Source of the DNA: a virus | Length of the DNA: 64,000 nucleotides | Strand: one strand, 5' to 3' | IMG/VR virus record: IMGVR_UViG_3300032282_006516 | Location: 1 to 64,000 of that record | In this document: piece by piece, positions 52,218-62,206 of the stretch | Layout: each line of letters begins with the position of its first letter | Position numbering within the stretch: the first letter of the stretch is position 1 | Program-made: the position numbers and the translations under genes | Notes under the pieces: generated by a model | What the model was told of the DNA's origin: nothing | What the model saw: the letters and a program-made list of their open reading frames with translations, nothing else | Database searches by the model: none

Positions 52218-55200
52218 CTAGATGGTGAGGGTCAACCGAATGTAGTTGCAGGGGAACGGAACATCGAGCGTCACGTCGATCAGCACCGTGTCGGGCGCCG
52301 TCGTGTCCTGCACGATGTTGTTGAGCTGCGACCCAATGAGCACACCCGAATCCGCGAGGAAACCGAGCAGGCCTTGAATGACGTGCCCAAGGCTGTCGAG
52401 GAAGCCCTGCGTGATGTTGAACCGCCCGATGAAGTTCTTGAGGCCCTGCCGCAGGAACTTCGCCGTGAAGTCCACCACCTTCGTGATGGAGTCCGTGCGC
52501 GTCTCGATGCTGGTCATGTCCGTCGTCAGCGCCATGCGGCTGATGAGGGGCGTGCCCGTCGAGTCCTGCACGATGACGTAGTTGCCGCCCGCCGCCATGA
52601 CGTTGAGCTGCCGCTCGCCGAAACGGTCGTTCGACCCAATGACACGGGTGAACCCCGTCATCGGGAAGTTCGTGAACGACTGCTGCGGAGGCTGCTGACC
52701 AATCATGCCCGCCACCGCGGCGTTCATGTAGAAGCCCTCAACAATCTGCTCGATGCCCTGAAGGGTCGCCGCAGCCTTGTCCGGGAACGTCGACCACACG
52801 CGGCGGCTGGCGTAACCCTGCGCCATCTGCTGCACCGTGAGCGCCGTACCCTCAAGGTCCGGCGACCCATCGAGGAGCACCAGTGCCGCACCCCGAATGC
52901 GCACCGCGAACGGGTCGCTGATGAGGGGCGTCGGAAACGCGCTCGTCGCGTAGTAGCCGTCGTCGTTCTCGCCCGGGAGGAACCCAGACGTCTTGAGCAT
53001 AACGACGCTGCCGACGACGTTGACGATGTTGTACTTCTTGCCGTCGCCAATATCGAGGTAGATGCCCGCCGACGTAGCGTACGGACCCGAACTCGTCAGG
53101 CCCTGCGCCACGAGCAGCGCGCCGAGGTTGGACACGCCCGTATCAAACGTATCCGGCGTCGGCGTCGTGTTGCCGTTCGCGCCCGACGAGACGAGCGTGT
53201 CGAGCTTGTGGGTCGGCACCTCCGGATTGATGAGCACAATGCGTTCGCCCTTGTTGGCCGGCGCGCTCATCACCGAAACGTGCGTGCTGAACACCTGGAA
53301 GACGGTCGTGTCGTGCGTCAGAGGCGCAAGAGCGTAGACCTCGTAGCCTTCGAGGAACGTCGCTGCACGCGTGTACGCCTCCACCGTGCCGTACGGCGCA
53401 GCAGGCGTCGCCGAATCCACGCCAAGCGCCGTAACCTGCACGCCCGGGCTGTTGAGCAGCGCGAAGTACAGACCGAGGGCGAGCGGGTTGTCGACCGTGA
53501 TGGGCGACAGCTGGCTGGCAAGAGCCGTCGTGTCGCCGAAGCGGAGCAGGCCCGGATTCGTCGCACGGGGCGACACGTCGAGGCGCACCGCCTTGTACGC
53601 AAGGTAGAGCGTAGCGCGCGAGGGGTACGACGGATTACCGCGCGGATCGCGAACCACCTCAGGAACAATCCGACACGCACCCGTGCCAGAGTCCACAACG
53701 AGGTTCGGATACGGGCGCGAGATGCCAGTCGTCGCTGACGACGCCTTGAGCTTCTGCGCCTCGATGTACCAGGCCAGGCCCACGTTGCTGGAGATGGGAA
53801 CCTGCTTGTCGATCTTCAGGTAGCTGACGTTGCCGCCAGGAGCCACCTGAGTGACCGTCGCGTACGAGATCCCATCCACCCAAACGCGGTCACCCGGAAG
53901 CGGCTTGAACGGGTTACCGCGCACCGTCGTCCCAGCCGTAAGGCCGAGCGTCGCGCACGCCGTTCCGCTCACAACCTTCATGATGGAGGTGGCGCCGAGC
54001 GTGATGTTCGTGAGCGCGAGATTGCCGCCGCCCGTAAGCGTAGCAACCGTGCGCCCTTCCGACGCCGCGCCGAAGAGCGCGTTGATCTGCGTCAGCACCA
54101 GGGCAGGGCTCGACGCACCCGAGAACGTGAGCGTCTGCGGCTTGTCGCCGTCGTCCAGGGTTAGCGTCTCGCCGTCCGGAACGCCGCCACCCGGAACCGC
54201 AATCGTGCCGACAATCTGCCCAGCACCCGGAGACGCCGTGAAATCGGCGCCCGTGAACGCGAGAAGCGGGGTCACGGCGGTGCCGTTGCCGCTGTCGATG
54301 GCACGAACACCCGAAACGCCGTACGTCGTACCCGCAACCAGGCCGACCGTCAGGTTGGCCGTTCCCGCGCCAACCTCAATGCTGGACTCCGGGCCAAGCG
54401 CCAGCGTCGTGATGCGGAGGAAGTTGGTGGTGGCGTCGTAGGACGCCGTAGCCACCGCACCGATGACCGCATTGATTTCCGCAAGGGCAATCGCGGTGTT
54501 CGCCGGAGCGCCGAACGTCACCGTCAGCGGCGACGAAGCACCGTTGAACGTGAAGATGAGCGTCTTGCCGCCGAGGTCGAGCGGGAGAGTCAGCGTCGTC
54601 ACGTCGACCGTACCCACCACCGTCGCGGCCGTTCCGATGCCGTTGCGGAGGAAGGCTTCCGTCTGGAGAAGCTCCATGAGCGTCCCGCCCGTTCCACCCA
54701 TGAAGAGGAACGCGCGAACCGACGGAGGCTCCACGACGAGCTGCGAAAGGTTCGCGTTCGGGTCGGGGAAGCTGGCGAACGTGATGTCCGTGACGTGCTG
54801 GTCGTAGTACGTCGAGCCCGTATAGACCTTGTCTGCACCGAACCCAAACGCAGCCAGAACGACAGGCGAGCTGGCGGCCAGACCCGTTCCAACCACCTTG
54901 ATGGTCTGGAAGTCGTTTGCGGCGTACGAACGAATCCGCCAGGACATGCCGTCCGGGGACACCTCCGCCGTAAACGCCGTCACACCCTCGTCACTGAACG
55001 CCATGAGCACCTGCGCCACGACCTGCGCCGGCGTAAGGGGCTCACCGCTGAACGTGATGGTGATGTCCGGGCCATTGTTGAGCGACACGACGAGCGAGAG
55101 GCTGTCGAGGCCCGAGTACACCGGAGGCGTTCCCACGGCGTCCATCGCCTGCGCAATCGCGTTGAGCGACACCAGCGCTTGCGGATTGAGCACCGACGCA

Positions 55201-55346
55201 CCCGCGCTGTTTTGCACGAGAACGTCAACGACCTGCCGACACACCCCCACAATGCAGGGAACGAGAGTGGGCGTCACAACGGTCGGCGTGACCGTCTGGA
55301 AGACTTGAATGACCTCTACCCCCGGGCGGGGAAGCTCAGCAGCCAT
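52218..55346 (-). CDS. Contractile tail sheath protein
   Basis: N-terminal LPRPGVEVIQVF; C-terminal SITKVVDFTAKFLR..VLIDVTLDVPFPCNYIRLTL. Confidence 0.9.
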   Translation of the reverse strand: MAAELPRPGVEVIQVFQTVTPTVVTPTLVPCIVGVCRQVVDVLVQNSAGASVLNPQALVSLNAIAQAMDAVGTPPVYSGLDSLSLVVSLNNGPDITITFSGEPLTPAQVVAQVLMAFSDEGVTAFTAEVSPDGMSWRIRSYAANDFQTIKVVGTGLAASSPVVLAAFGFGADKVYTGSTYYDQHVTDITFASFPDPNANLSQLVVEPPSVRAFLFMGGTGGTLMELLQTEAFLRNGIGTAATVVGTVDVTTLTLPLDLGGKTLIFTFNGASSPLTVTFGAPANTAIALAEINAVIGAVATASYDATTNFLRITTLALGPESSIEVGAGTANLTVGLVAGTTYGVSGVRAIDSGNGTAVTPLLAFTGADFTASPGAGQIVGTIAVPGGGVPDGETLTLDDGDKPQTLTFSGASSPALVLTQINALFGAASEGRTVATLTGGGNLALTNITLGATSIMKVVSGTACATLGLTAGTTVRGNPFKPLPGDRVWVDGISYATVTQVAPGGNVSYLKIDKQVPISSNVGLAWYIEAQKLKASSATTGISRPYPNLVVDSGTGACRIVPEVVRDPRGNPSYPSRATLYLAYKAVRLDVSPRATNPGLLRFGDTTALASQLSPITVDNPLALGLYFALLNSPGVQVTALGVDSATPAAPYGTVEAYTRAATFLEGYEVYALAPLTHDTTVFQVFSTHVSVMSAPANKGERIVLINPEVPTHKLDTLVSSGANGNTTPTPDTFDTGVSNLGALLVAQGLTSSGPYATSAGIYLDIGDGKKYNIVNVVGSVVMLKTSGFLPGENDDGYYATSAFPTPLISDPFAVRIRGAALVLLDGSPDLEGTALTVQQMAQGYASRRVWSTFPDKAAATLQGIEQIVEGFYMNAAVAGMIGQQPPQQSFTNFPMTGFTRVIGSNDRFGERQLNVMAAGGNYVIVQDSTGTPLISRMALTTDMTSIETRTDSITKVVDFTAKFLRQGLKNFIGRFNITQGFLDSLGHVIQGLLGFLADSGVLIGSQLNNIVQDTTAPDTVLIDVTLDVPFPCNYIRLTLTI

Positions 55347-55361
55347 CAGCGGCTCCTTTCA

Positions 55362-56399
55362 TCACACCTTGACCGTGCTCGTGTCCGTGACGTGCGCATT
55401 TGCGTTGGTCACACACGATTCTTCCACAGTGGTTACGGCTATGGGAATAGTGCGCCCTCCAATCGAAGGCGGACGCACCGCGGGGCAGTTCGGCCGAGCA
55501 GCACGAACAATCACTTGTTGAGCGGGATTAAGCGGGTGCGGCATGAGCGGAAGTGTCGATGCGGCGCCTCCGGGACGGGGCGTTGCGCCGTAGACATCGC
55601 TGGCTTGAGGAGCAAACGCATCCGGCGGACAGGTGTGGATGTTTACGGGCACTCCGCCCGTTGGTCCGCCAGCAGGTCCGCAGTGCCCACCCTCTACCGA
55701 GTTATTCTCCGACGAACCTACCGGAGCGCCCGCCGGACCAATAAGCTGCTGGTTGACGGACTGAAGCTGCGCTCGAATCGACAGGCCCATGTTCCGGACA
55801 ATGGTTTTGCCCAACGGGCTGAACTGCGACGTGCGGTAGAACTGGTACGGGCAGTTGACTGTCGTGACGTACCACTCGTCTCCCGAATCGGCGGAAACCA
55901 CCGAACCAGCAGGGGACGGGGCACCAATCGCCGGTTGTCGCCCAATCTCGAAGAAGCCCGCTTGCATGAGAAGTTCGCGGTGCAGCCACAACTGCTCCGC
56001 GCAAATCCAGGCAATACGCTCCGACTCCAGCGCCGCGCGGGAGCTACAGTTGACGACCATTGTGCCAGGAACAAGAACCGATTTTTTCTTAGTTCCCGTC
56101 TGGAAGTCATACGTCAGCATGTCATCGAGGCCGAGCGAGTAAAACTGCACGGGGCCGCGCGTACATGAGATGGCTGGGCGCTGTCCTACCGTCTCCGCCT
56201 TGATGGGGTTTTCGTCGGAGATATAAATCTCCGCGTGCTCATCGTTCGGCTCCCAGTGGTAGGCGCCGTAAGGCGCCGCGTGGAAAAGACCCTGGAAGAA
56301 CCCGACGAAGAGCGAACGAACGTGCTCTAGCGGCGAATACTTGAAGCTGTCTTCGGGGAACGCGCCGTTAGGACTTGTTGTCGGGATTTTCGAGGGCAC
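55362..56399 (-). CDS. Tail completion/terminator-like protein
   Basis: Position before the sheath; RPAISCTRGP..VPGTMVVNC..ESERIAW. Confidence 0.5.
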   Translation of the reverse strand: MPSKIPTTSPNGAFPEDSFKYSPLEHVRSLFVGFFQGLFHAAPYGAYHWEPNDEHAEIYISDENPIKAETVGQRPAISCTRGPVQFYSLGLDDMLTYDFQTGTKKKSVLVPGTMVVNCSSRAALESERIAWICAEQLWLHRELLMQAGFFEIGRQPAIGAPSPAGSVVSADSGDEWYVTTVNCPYQFYRTSQFSPLGKTIVRNMGLSIRAQLQSVNQQLIGPAGAPVGSSENNSVEGGHCGPAGGPTGGVPVNIHTCPPDAFAPQASDVYGATPRPGGAASTLPLMPHPLNPAQQVIVRAARPNCPAVRPPSIGGRTIPIAVTTVEESCVTNANAHVTDTSTVKV

Positions 56400-56706
56400 G
56401 GCGCATCTCCTCTACTTGGTGGGCCTGCGCCAGATTGTACGCGAGACCGAGTCCAGCCCCCAAAATCGGGGCCGCCGTCATCAAATGACGGGCCGGAATA
56501 TCGTGACCCATGATGTGCTTGTACGCCTGGTTCGACAGGTGCGCTGCGCCGGCACCTGCCAGCGTACCAAGACCCATACCCGCCACACTTTTCAGAATGG
56601 GAGCAAGCGCACTCGGGCGGTCCTTCTTTGACTCTTCCGCGAGCTTGCAGAGGGCTGTTGCTGCGTCCACCGGCAGATAAGAAAACAACGTAGGAGCGCG
56701 CATCAC
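56368..56706 (-). CDS. Small glycine-zipper protein (LCKLAEE motif)
   Basis: Two GxxxG hydrophobic helices. Confidence 0.6.
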   Translation of the reverse strand: MMRAPTLFSYLPVDAATALCKLAEESKKDRPSALAPILKSVAGMGLGTLAGAGAAHLSNQAYKHIMGHDIPARHLMTAAPILGAGLGLAYNLAQAHQVEEMRRALENPDNKS

Positions 56707-57599
56707 TGCCTCGGATAAGTGGTGTAGAGACTGTAGATGGCCGGAATCTCGGAATCCATGAAGGATTCAAGATTCATCGGGTTTTCGTAGTTACGAGACG
56801 GGTTGAGCCACAAGTCCCGCAGCGCCTCCGACAAGTTCAGCGGCACGGCGAACTCAACATCCTTTGGCGGGATTTCATGCAGCTGAACTTCCTGATGAAC
56901 GGCCGCACGGCCCTGCTCCGTCTGGTTCACCTGAACAACGCGCCACCGCCGGTTTTCCGGTTCGATGATGAGGTCGCGGGGCTTGAGCGGCGGATACCAG
57001 GACAAGCGTGCAGTCGTGTTGGACTGCTGCTGCGCTCCGACGTTGGTGTTCTGTTCTGTCTTCGCCGAAGGGTCGATTTGAATCCACGACTCAATCGGGT
57101 GCAGGTAGCCCCGGACAAATCCCGTATCAAAACAGAGCTTACAGCCCGACGTGCGCTTTTGTTTTAGCGTCGCGTTGTAGCAACTGCAGCGCTGTCCGAA
57201 TGTCCTCGCTGGAAGAACCCAGCAGCGCCGAGCCGCAAACTCCCGAAACAAGAGCTGCATGTGCCGCCGCAGTTCCAGTGCGATGAGGTCAGGGTCGGGG
57301 TCTTTTGACACCGGACCAAAATCAAGAAACTCACCACTCGGAACGTGCGCTACACGCAACTGGTAGAAGTACTTCCGCCAACGGTGCCCAGTCGACAAGG
57401 TGTTGTCGACAAACGTAAAACGATCCTGAAAGGGCCGCCCGATAATGTCGAACGGCCCACTCGGAGATTCGCTGCGCTGAACGGCGAACGTGTAATCGAG
57501 AATGTCCTCGCTCGTATCAACCAGACGCCACGACAGTTCGTTGAAATCAATGTCCAACGAACGGACGCGAAAGTCTTTGACCTCAAGCGAGACACCCAT
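56703..57599 (-). CDS. Head closure/neck protein
   Basis: RTFGQRCSC..CKLCFDTGFVRGY; beta-barrel C-terminus RWRVVQVNQTE; gene position. Confidence 0.5.
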   Translation of the reverse strand: MGVSLEVKDFRVRSLDIDFNELSWRLVDTSEDILDYTFAVQRSESPSGPFDIIGRPFQDRFTFVDNTLSTGHRWRKYFYQLRVAHVPSGEFLDFGPVSKDPDPDLIALELRRHMQLLFREFAARRCWVLPARTFGQRCSCYNATLKQKRTSGCKLCFDTGFVRGYLHPIESWIQIDPSAKTEQNTNVGAQQQSNTTARLSWYPPLKPRDLIIEPENRRWRVVQVNQTEQGRAAVHQEVQLHEIPPKDVEFAVPLNLSEALRDLWLNPSRNYENPMNLESFMDSEIPAIYSLYTTYPRQ

Positions 57600-57601
57600 G
57601 A

Positions 57602-59443
57602 TTAGCTCGTTGCCGCCGGAAGAAGTTTTCCAGCCGAAGGCGAGGGAAGTTCACGTACTTGAATTTGAGGCTCTGGAATAAGGGTTTCAGCCGAATGCGC
57701 AGGAAGTTTCGGCGCTTGAGCTTTCGGCATGCCCTTAAACAGAGGTTCTCCTGAAACGCCACGACGAACCATGTTCACGCCAGACTGCGCGGTATTACCA
57801 ACCGCCTTTCGGAATGTCTGTCCAGCGTACATGCGACCCCCGATTCCGCCCGCGGCACCACCAAGCGCGGCTCCCGCAAGTCCGCCCTTCAGCGCACCAG
57901 AAAAACCATGCCCGGACTCTGCGCTTGCCGCTCCTCCAGCCGCACCGACGGCCGCACCACCGAGCGCGCCAGCCGTACCGGGGTTCTTCATCGCCCACGC
58001 ACCGAAACGCTGAAGTCCCTTGGTGACATCCACTGAGCCAAGTGCCTTCTTCTCCATCTGCGCACGCAGGGCCGCATGCTCTGCCATCGCCTGCTTAATC
58101 AAGCGCGCCGACCCCGTAACAATCTTTCCGAGCGAAGGGTCGCCTTGGTTGATAAGCTGCCCCCGCCAGTTCCTTTGAGCCGGCTGGTACAGCATGGCTT
58201 CGTTCGCGGCTGGGTCAAAAACCGGTGTTCGATGCGACATGCCATACTCCAGGTCAATCGGCGCTGCCGACCCCGGTGTATGCCCAAATGACGCCGGCGT
58301 TGCTGGCTCTTGCAGCGGTGCGCTAAATCGAGATTTTGTGGGTGACGGCGCATGCTCTGGGTCCACCAACATGTTGTGGACATCCACCAGATTCTTCTGG
58401 TTCTCCTTTGCCTCACGCACCTGCTCTGGCGTCAGCACGGCAGGACGAGGCGCAGGAGCGGCAGGAGCGGGGTGAGGTGCAGCGACGCCACCGGCAGGCG
58501 GCGCGGGTGCGCGCCCGACAGGCGCCGCCGGCACACCCGTTACCGATTGATGCTGAAGGTTTTTCAGGTCGGAAAGGCTCTCATCAATCACGCCCTTTGC
58601 CGCCGCACTGTTTGTGAGGTGCTGACTCATGCCGCCCGCGAGTCCACCGACGGCGGCGCCACCCAGACCCCCCTTCACTGCCCCCGAGAGACGATTCCCC
58701 GGACCTCCGGCCACCGCGCCGCCGACGGCACCCGCCGCACCGCCCACCAACGCGCCTGCGGCGGCACGATTCTTCATCGCCCATCCGCCAAAGTTTTTCA
58801 ACGCATCCGCTGCGGGCACCCCGCCCAAGGCAGTTTTCGCCATCATCGTGCCGGCCTGCGTCCCGTACGACGTCAGCGCCTGAACGTGGGCCGCTTTCTG
58901 CATGTCCTGCCGCGCCAGCATCCGACCGAAGTTGTCCGCAAACGCCACCTTTGCGACACCGCCGCCAAGCCCCTGCGCAGCATCTTGCGCTCCTTCAGCG
59001 GGCACCGGACCCGGAGCCCCCGCACCCTGGGCGGGCATGTCGGGCGCCTCGGGCATCGCAGGGGGCGCACCTTGCATTTTTGCAAGTTCAAGCTCCAACA
59101 TGCGCTTCTTGAGCTGGATCTTGCTGCGAAGCTCCCAAGGGTCCCCCGCCGCACGCTGCTCTTCGCGGCGCTGCTGGTCGAGGATGTCGGCCTGAAGCTC
59201 TTCCTGCTCCAGTCCGAGAGCCTGCTCAAAAAGCGGCGTACCCCGGAACCGCTCCAGGAACACCGAACCGCTCTCTTCCGGGTAGGCGAGCTTGAGGTGC
59301 CCGTACAAAGTCTCCACCGGAGTACCGCTCGCCAGAGCGCGCAGCTCATTTTCCGGAAGGCCGCTAAGAAGCGACGTCAGCTCGGCCTGTCCTTGCTTGG
59401 CCAACTCCGCGGTGTATGCGACTTTGAGGAATTCGTTGAGCAT
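57602..59443 (-). CDS. Large glycine-zipper protein with internal duplication (candidate ejection protein)
   Basis: Two FG.WAMKN..AGAL.G.A.GA.GG modules, each after a K-x-A site. Confidence 0.6.
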   Translation of the reverse strand: MLNEFLKVAYTAELAKQGQAELTSLLSGLPENELRALASGTPVETLYGHLKLAYPEESGSVFLERFRGTPLFEQALGLEQEELQADILDQQRREEQRAAGDPWELRSKIQLKKRMLELELAKMQGAPPAMPEAPDMPAQGAGAPGPVPAEGAQDAAQGLGGGVAKVAFADNFGRMLARQDMQKAAHVQALTSYGTQAGTMMAKTALGGVPAADALKNFGGWAMKNRAAAGALVGGAAGAVGGAVAGGPGNRLSGAVKGGLGGAAVGGLAGGMSQHLTNSAAAKGVIDESLSDLKNLQHQSVTGVPAAPVGRAPAPPAGGVAAPHPAPAAPAPRPAVLTPEQVREAKENQKNLVDVHNMLVDPEHAPSPTKSRFSAPLQEPATPASFGHTPGSAAPIDLEYGMSHRTPVFDPAANEAMLYQPAQRNWRGQLINQGDPSLGKIVTGSARLIKQAMAEHAALRAQMEKKALGSVDVTKGLQRFGAWAMKNPGTAGALGGAAVGAAGGAASAESGHGFSGALKGGLAGAALGGAAGGIGGRMYAGQTFRKAVGNTAQSGVNMVRRGVSGEPLFKGMPKAQAPKLPAHSAETLIPEPQIQVRELPSPSAGKLLPAATS

Positions 59444-61629
59444 CAGCCTGCCCTCTTGCTGAGAATGTCCTTGAGATTGCGAGCAATCGAACCGACGTGC
59501 TCACCTGACCGTTTCAGCGACCCCACAACTTGCGGGCCATTTGACGCACCAAGCAGCGCACCGCCGAGAGCCCCCATCCCTGCCGATACGCCGGGGTGTT
59601 CGTTCGCGAACTCACCCATCGTCAGTCGTGCACGCGACTGCGCGAGGTTAAGCGCATCGCGATAACCTCGGTCCGGCTTCGCCTCCAGCTCTTGGACCTT
59701 TTGCCGAAGCGGGTCGTAATCCGCACGAGATTCTAGGTAGCCGAGACCCCCACCCATGGCTGCACCAGCAGCGGCATGCGGAAGAACTGAAACGGCTTTT
59801 CCAGCCTGCATGGTGAGGTAGTTTTTGAGGGACGCCTGCTTACCGGCGACGCCAAAAGGGAGGAAGTGCGACAAGACCTCCTTGCCCGGCGTCTGCCCCT
59901 GCTGGTCCTTCTGGTTCATCGACGTCGCCGGATTCGCGTTCGCGAACATCGGTTCCGTGCCCGCAGCCGGTGCGTTGTTCTGGTCCTCTCCCATCGGGGC
60001 AACCGAGTTCGGTGCCGCACCGGGGCTCGCCGCCTGACCCGCAGGTCCCGAAGTCGGCTCGGGCGCACTGCTCGGCGCCGCAGCCTGGCTCGCCGCTTGG
60101 GCCGCGGCATCCATGCCCGTCAACGACGGAGGCTCTTGCGATGCCGCCTGAAGCAGCGTCCCACGAAGCTGCTGGTACGCCATGCGCATCGCAGCAGCGG
60201 CTTGCTGCTGCTGGAGAATCTGGTCTTGCGCTGCCATGGCTTTTTGCGTCGACGAGGCGACCTGCGCTTGGTACGCCGCCGTCTGCTGCTCGTTCAGCGC
60301 CTGTTGTTGCTGCGCCTGCTGAACTTGCTGCTGAAGCTGCTGTGCCTCTTGCTGCTGTTGCTCCTGAGCCTGCTGCGCCTGCTGGAGCTTCTGGCGGAGG
60401 AAGTCGATGTGATTGTTCTCCGCACCCTGCTGCGCCTGTTGCTGGAGGGCGAGGTACTGCTGAACCTCCGGGGCAAGCATGGGCTCAATCGGCGCGCCCG
60501 GCATGGGCTGCGGAGCCGCTTCCTGCTCCGGCTGCATGCCCATCTCGTCCAGAGCAAACTTGAACGCCGATGCCGCCTTTTGATATGCCGCCGCCGTCTT
60601 CCATTCCTCCGGCAGCGCGCCCGTTTGGTTAAAGTGGATAACACTCGGCGTAGACTGCTGCGCGTCTATATGGGCCGCAATGCCACGCGCAGCGCGTTCA
60701 CGCGCCAAAACACGGGCATGCTCCTGCGCGTATCGCTTACCCCCACGCACAGCACCACCCAGAGTGCCCAAAGTGGCGCCAGCTAGAGCACCACCAAAGG
60801 CTCCGTGACTGAGTGGCTTTTTCGCAAGATGTGCTAACAAGCTACCGCCGGCAGCGCCGCCCAAAGCACCAAGCAGTTGTCCGCCCCGCACGTTTTGACG
60901 GTACGTAGGGACTGCTTCTCTGTTTGCCGCTTGATGCGCCGCTACTTCGTTTGGGCTAACTACGTGCATCAGGAAGGCATTCCTGCGTGCGATGTCGCGG
61001 TCTAGTGGTTGACCGTTGTGCATCGTCGCGTAGGAATCCACCAACTGACGTAGCTGGTCATTCGCAGTCTTCTCGTGCCGATGACGGTCCATCGACCCGC
61101 CCACTTCACGGCCCGCCTTGCCACCCATGTGCTGACCGAGCCAAGCACCACCCAACGTCGCCATCGGGTTGCCCTTACCGTAGTGGTGCATGAGCGCTGC
61201 GCCGGCAGCGGCCCCAGCTCCACGCCCAGCCAGCTCACCGTGCCGCTCGCTGCGATGCGCGTGCTCTTTCGCGAACTCCGCACTGAGCGAAGCACGAGCG
61301 CGTTCGTGCCCCGTCTCTTCCGGCGACTTGGACGCCGCCGTTTTTGCAGGGGGCACAGCGTGCTGCCCTTGAGCAGCGGGAGGAAGGGACACAGGGGGCG
61401 CGGCCTGCATGTTCTGACCCTGCGCCGTAGGCGGCAGTGTCATGGGCGCGCCCATTCCCATCGCCTCGGCCTGCTTCAGCAGGGCGTACTGCTCCTGCAC
61501 GGAGAGTGACTCAAACGCCGCGTCTAGGTCCGCAACGGTGGCTTGCTTCTCCACACCGCGAACCTGGATGAAGAACGCAGCGGCCTCGGCTTGAGGGATG
61601 CCCTTGAGCAAAAAGTCGTCGAAGTTCAT
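59443..61629 (-). CDS. Large glycine-zipper/poly-Gln protein (candidate ejection protein)
   Basis: Several GxxxG modules, a Gln coiled coil; EKQAT, KTAA, EKTAN, WKTAA, GKQAS linkers. Confidence 0.6.
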   Translation of the reverse strand: MNFDDFLLKGIPQAEAAAFFIQVRGVEKQATVADLDAAFESLSVQEQYALLKQAEAMGMGAPMTLPPTAQGQNMQAAPPVSLPPAAQGQHAVPPAKTAASKSPEETGHERARASLSAEFAKEHAHRSERHGELAGRGAGAAAGAALMHHYGKGNPMATLGGAWLGQHMGGKAGREVGGSMDRHRHEKTANDQLRQLVDSYATMHNGQPLDRDIARRNAFLMHVVSPNEVAAHQAANREAVPTYRQNVRGGQLLGALGGAAGGSLLAHLAKKPLSHGAFGGALAGATLGTLGGAVRGGKRYAQEHARVLARERAARGIAAHIDAQQSTPSVIHFNQTGALPEEWKTAAAYQKAASAFKFALDEMGMQPEQEAAPQPMPGAPIEPMLAPEVQQYLALQQQAQQGAENNHIDFLRQKLQQAQQAQEQQQQEAQQLQQQVQQAQQQQALNEQQTAAYQAQVASSTQKAMAAQDQILQQQQAAAAMRMAYQQLRGTLLQAASQEPPSLTGMDAAAQAASQAAAPSSAPEPTSGPAGQAASPGAAPNSVAPMGEDQNNAPAAGTEPMFANANPATSMNQKDQQGQTPGKEVLSHFLPFGVAGKQASLKNYLTMQAGKAVSVLPHAAAGAAMGGGLGYLESRADYDPLRQKVQELEAKPDRGYRDALNLAQSRARLTMGEFANEHPGVSAGMGALGGALLGASNGPQVVGSLKRSGEHVGSIARNLKDILSKRAG

Positions 61630-61633
61630 CCCA

Positions 61634-62155
61634 TCACTCCCAGGTGTAGACGTTGTGCATGTTGTCGTTGCCGCTGTACGACCACGTCCAACACGGCGCG
61701 GTGTTGTTCACCGCCGAGGGCTTGTAGAGCTTTCCGACCGTGTCGCGGTCGTCATCAAACCCGAGCAGGCTGTTCGACGTGCCACTCTTCTCAACCGTCA
61801 CGCCGCTGCTCGGGGTAGCCTCAATGAGAACCAGACGCTGCTCCGCGTCCAGAAGGGCCAAGACAGAGGGCACTGCCGCCTCAATCTGTGCCTTGATGTC
61901 CTTGAAGAGCAGCGTGTATGGGTCTGGGTTGGTGCCCGGCGGCGTGGCGCTCGCTGCAACCCCAAACGTAACCGTGGCCACGACCGGCGACGTGAACTTA
62001 AGGGTGCGCCCCACCAGCCCGTTGATACCGGCGGTGAGATTTGCCGGCGTACCGCCGCCCTGCGCGCGGTTCACGCTTCCGCCCGTAACGCCCCCGTTGA
62101 GGAACGCGGTCACGTCTTCGATGCGACGGAATTTGTAGAGACGATTGACGGCCAT
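61634..62155 (-). CDS. Hypothetical virion protein
   Basis: 173 aa; has a VTFG..IKAQIEA segment like the sheath repeats. Confidence 0.55.
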   Translation of the reverse strand: MAVNRLYKFRRIEDVTAFLNGGVTGGSVNRAQGGGTPANLTAGINGLVGRTLKFTSPVVATVTFGVAASATPPGTNPDPYTLLFKDIKAQIEAAVPSVLALLDAEQRLVLIEATPSSGVTVEKSGTSNSLLGFDDDRDTVGKLYKPSAVNNTAPCWTWSYSGNDNMHNVYTWE

Positions 62156-62206
62156 TAGCCCTCTCCAGGTTCTTCTGAGACGAAAGAACGAGGCAACTCG
62201 TGCCTT

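Noticed and set aside
52374-53738. Long plus-strand ORFs antisense to large genes (also 6746..7885, 11063..12295, 24862..26028, 54795..56168, 58352..59665)
   Set aside because: In-register antisense shadows are common in this high-GC genome. They are rich in R/V/H/D/L with no recognisable domains or RBS, unlike 44952..45791.
51217-55346. Extracellular contractile injection system or tailocin interpretation
   Set aside because: Capsid, neck, dNMP kinase, sigma and many phage early genes are present, so this is a phage genome.
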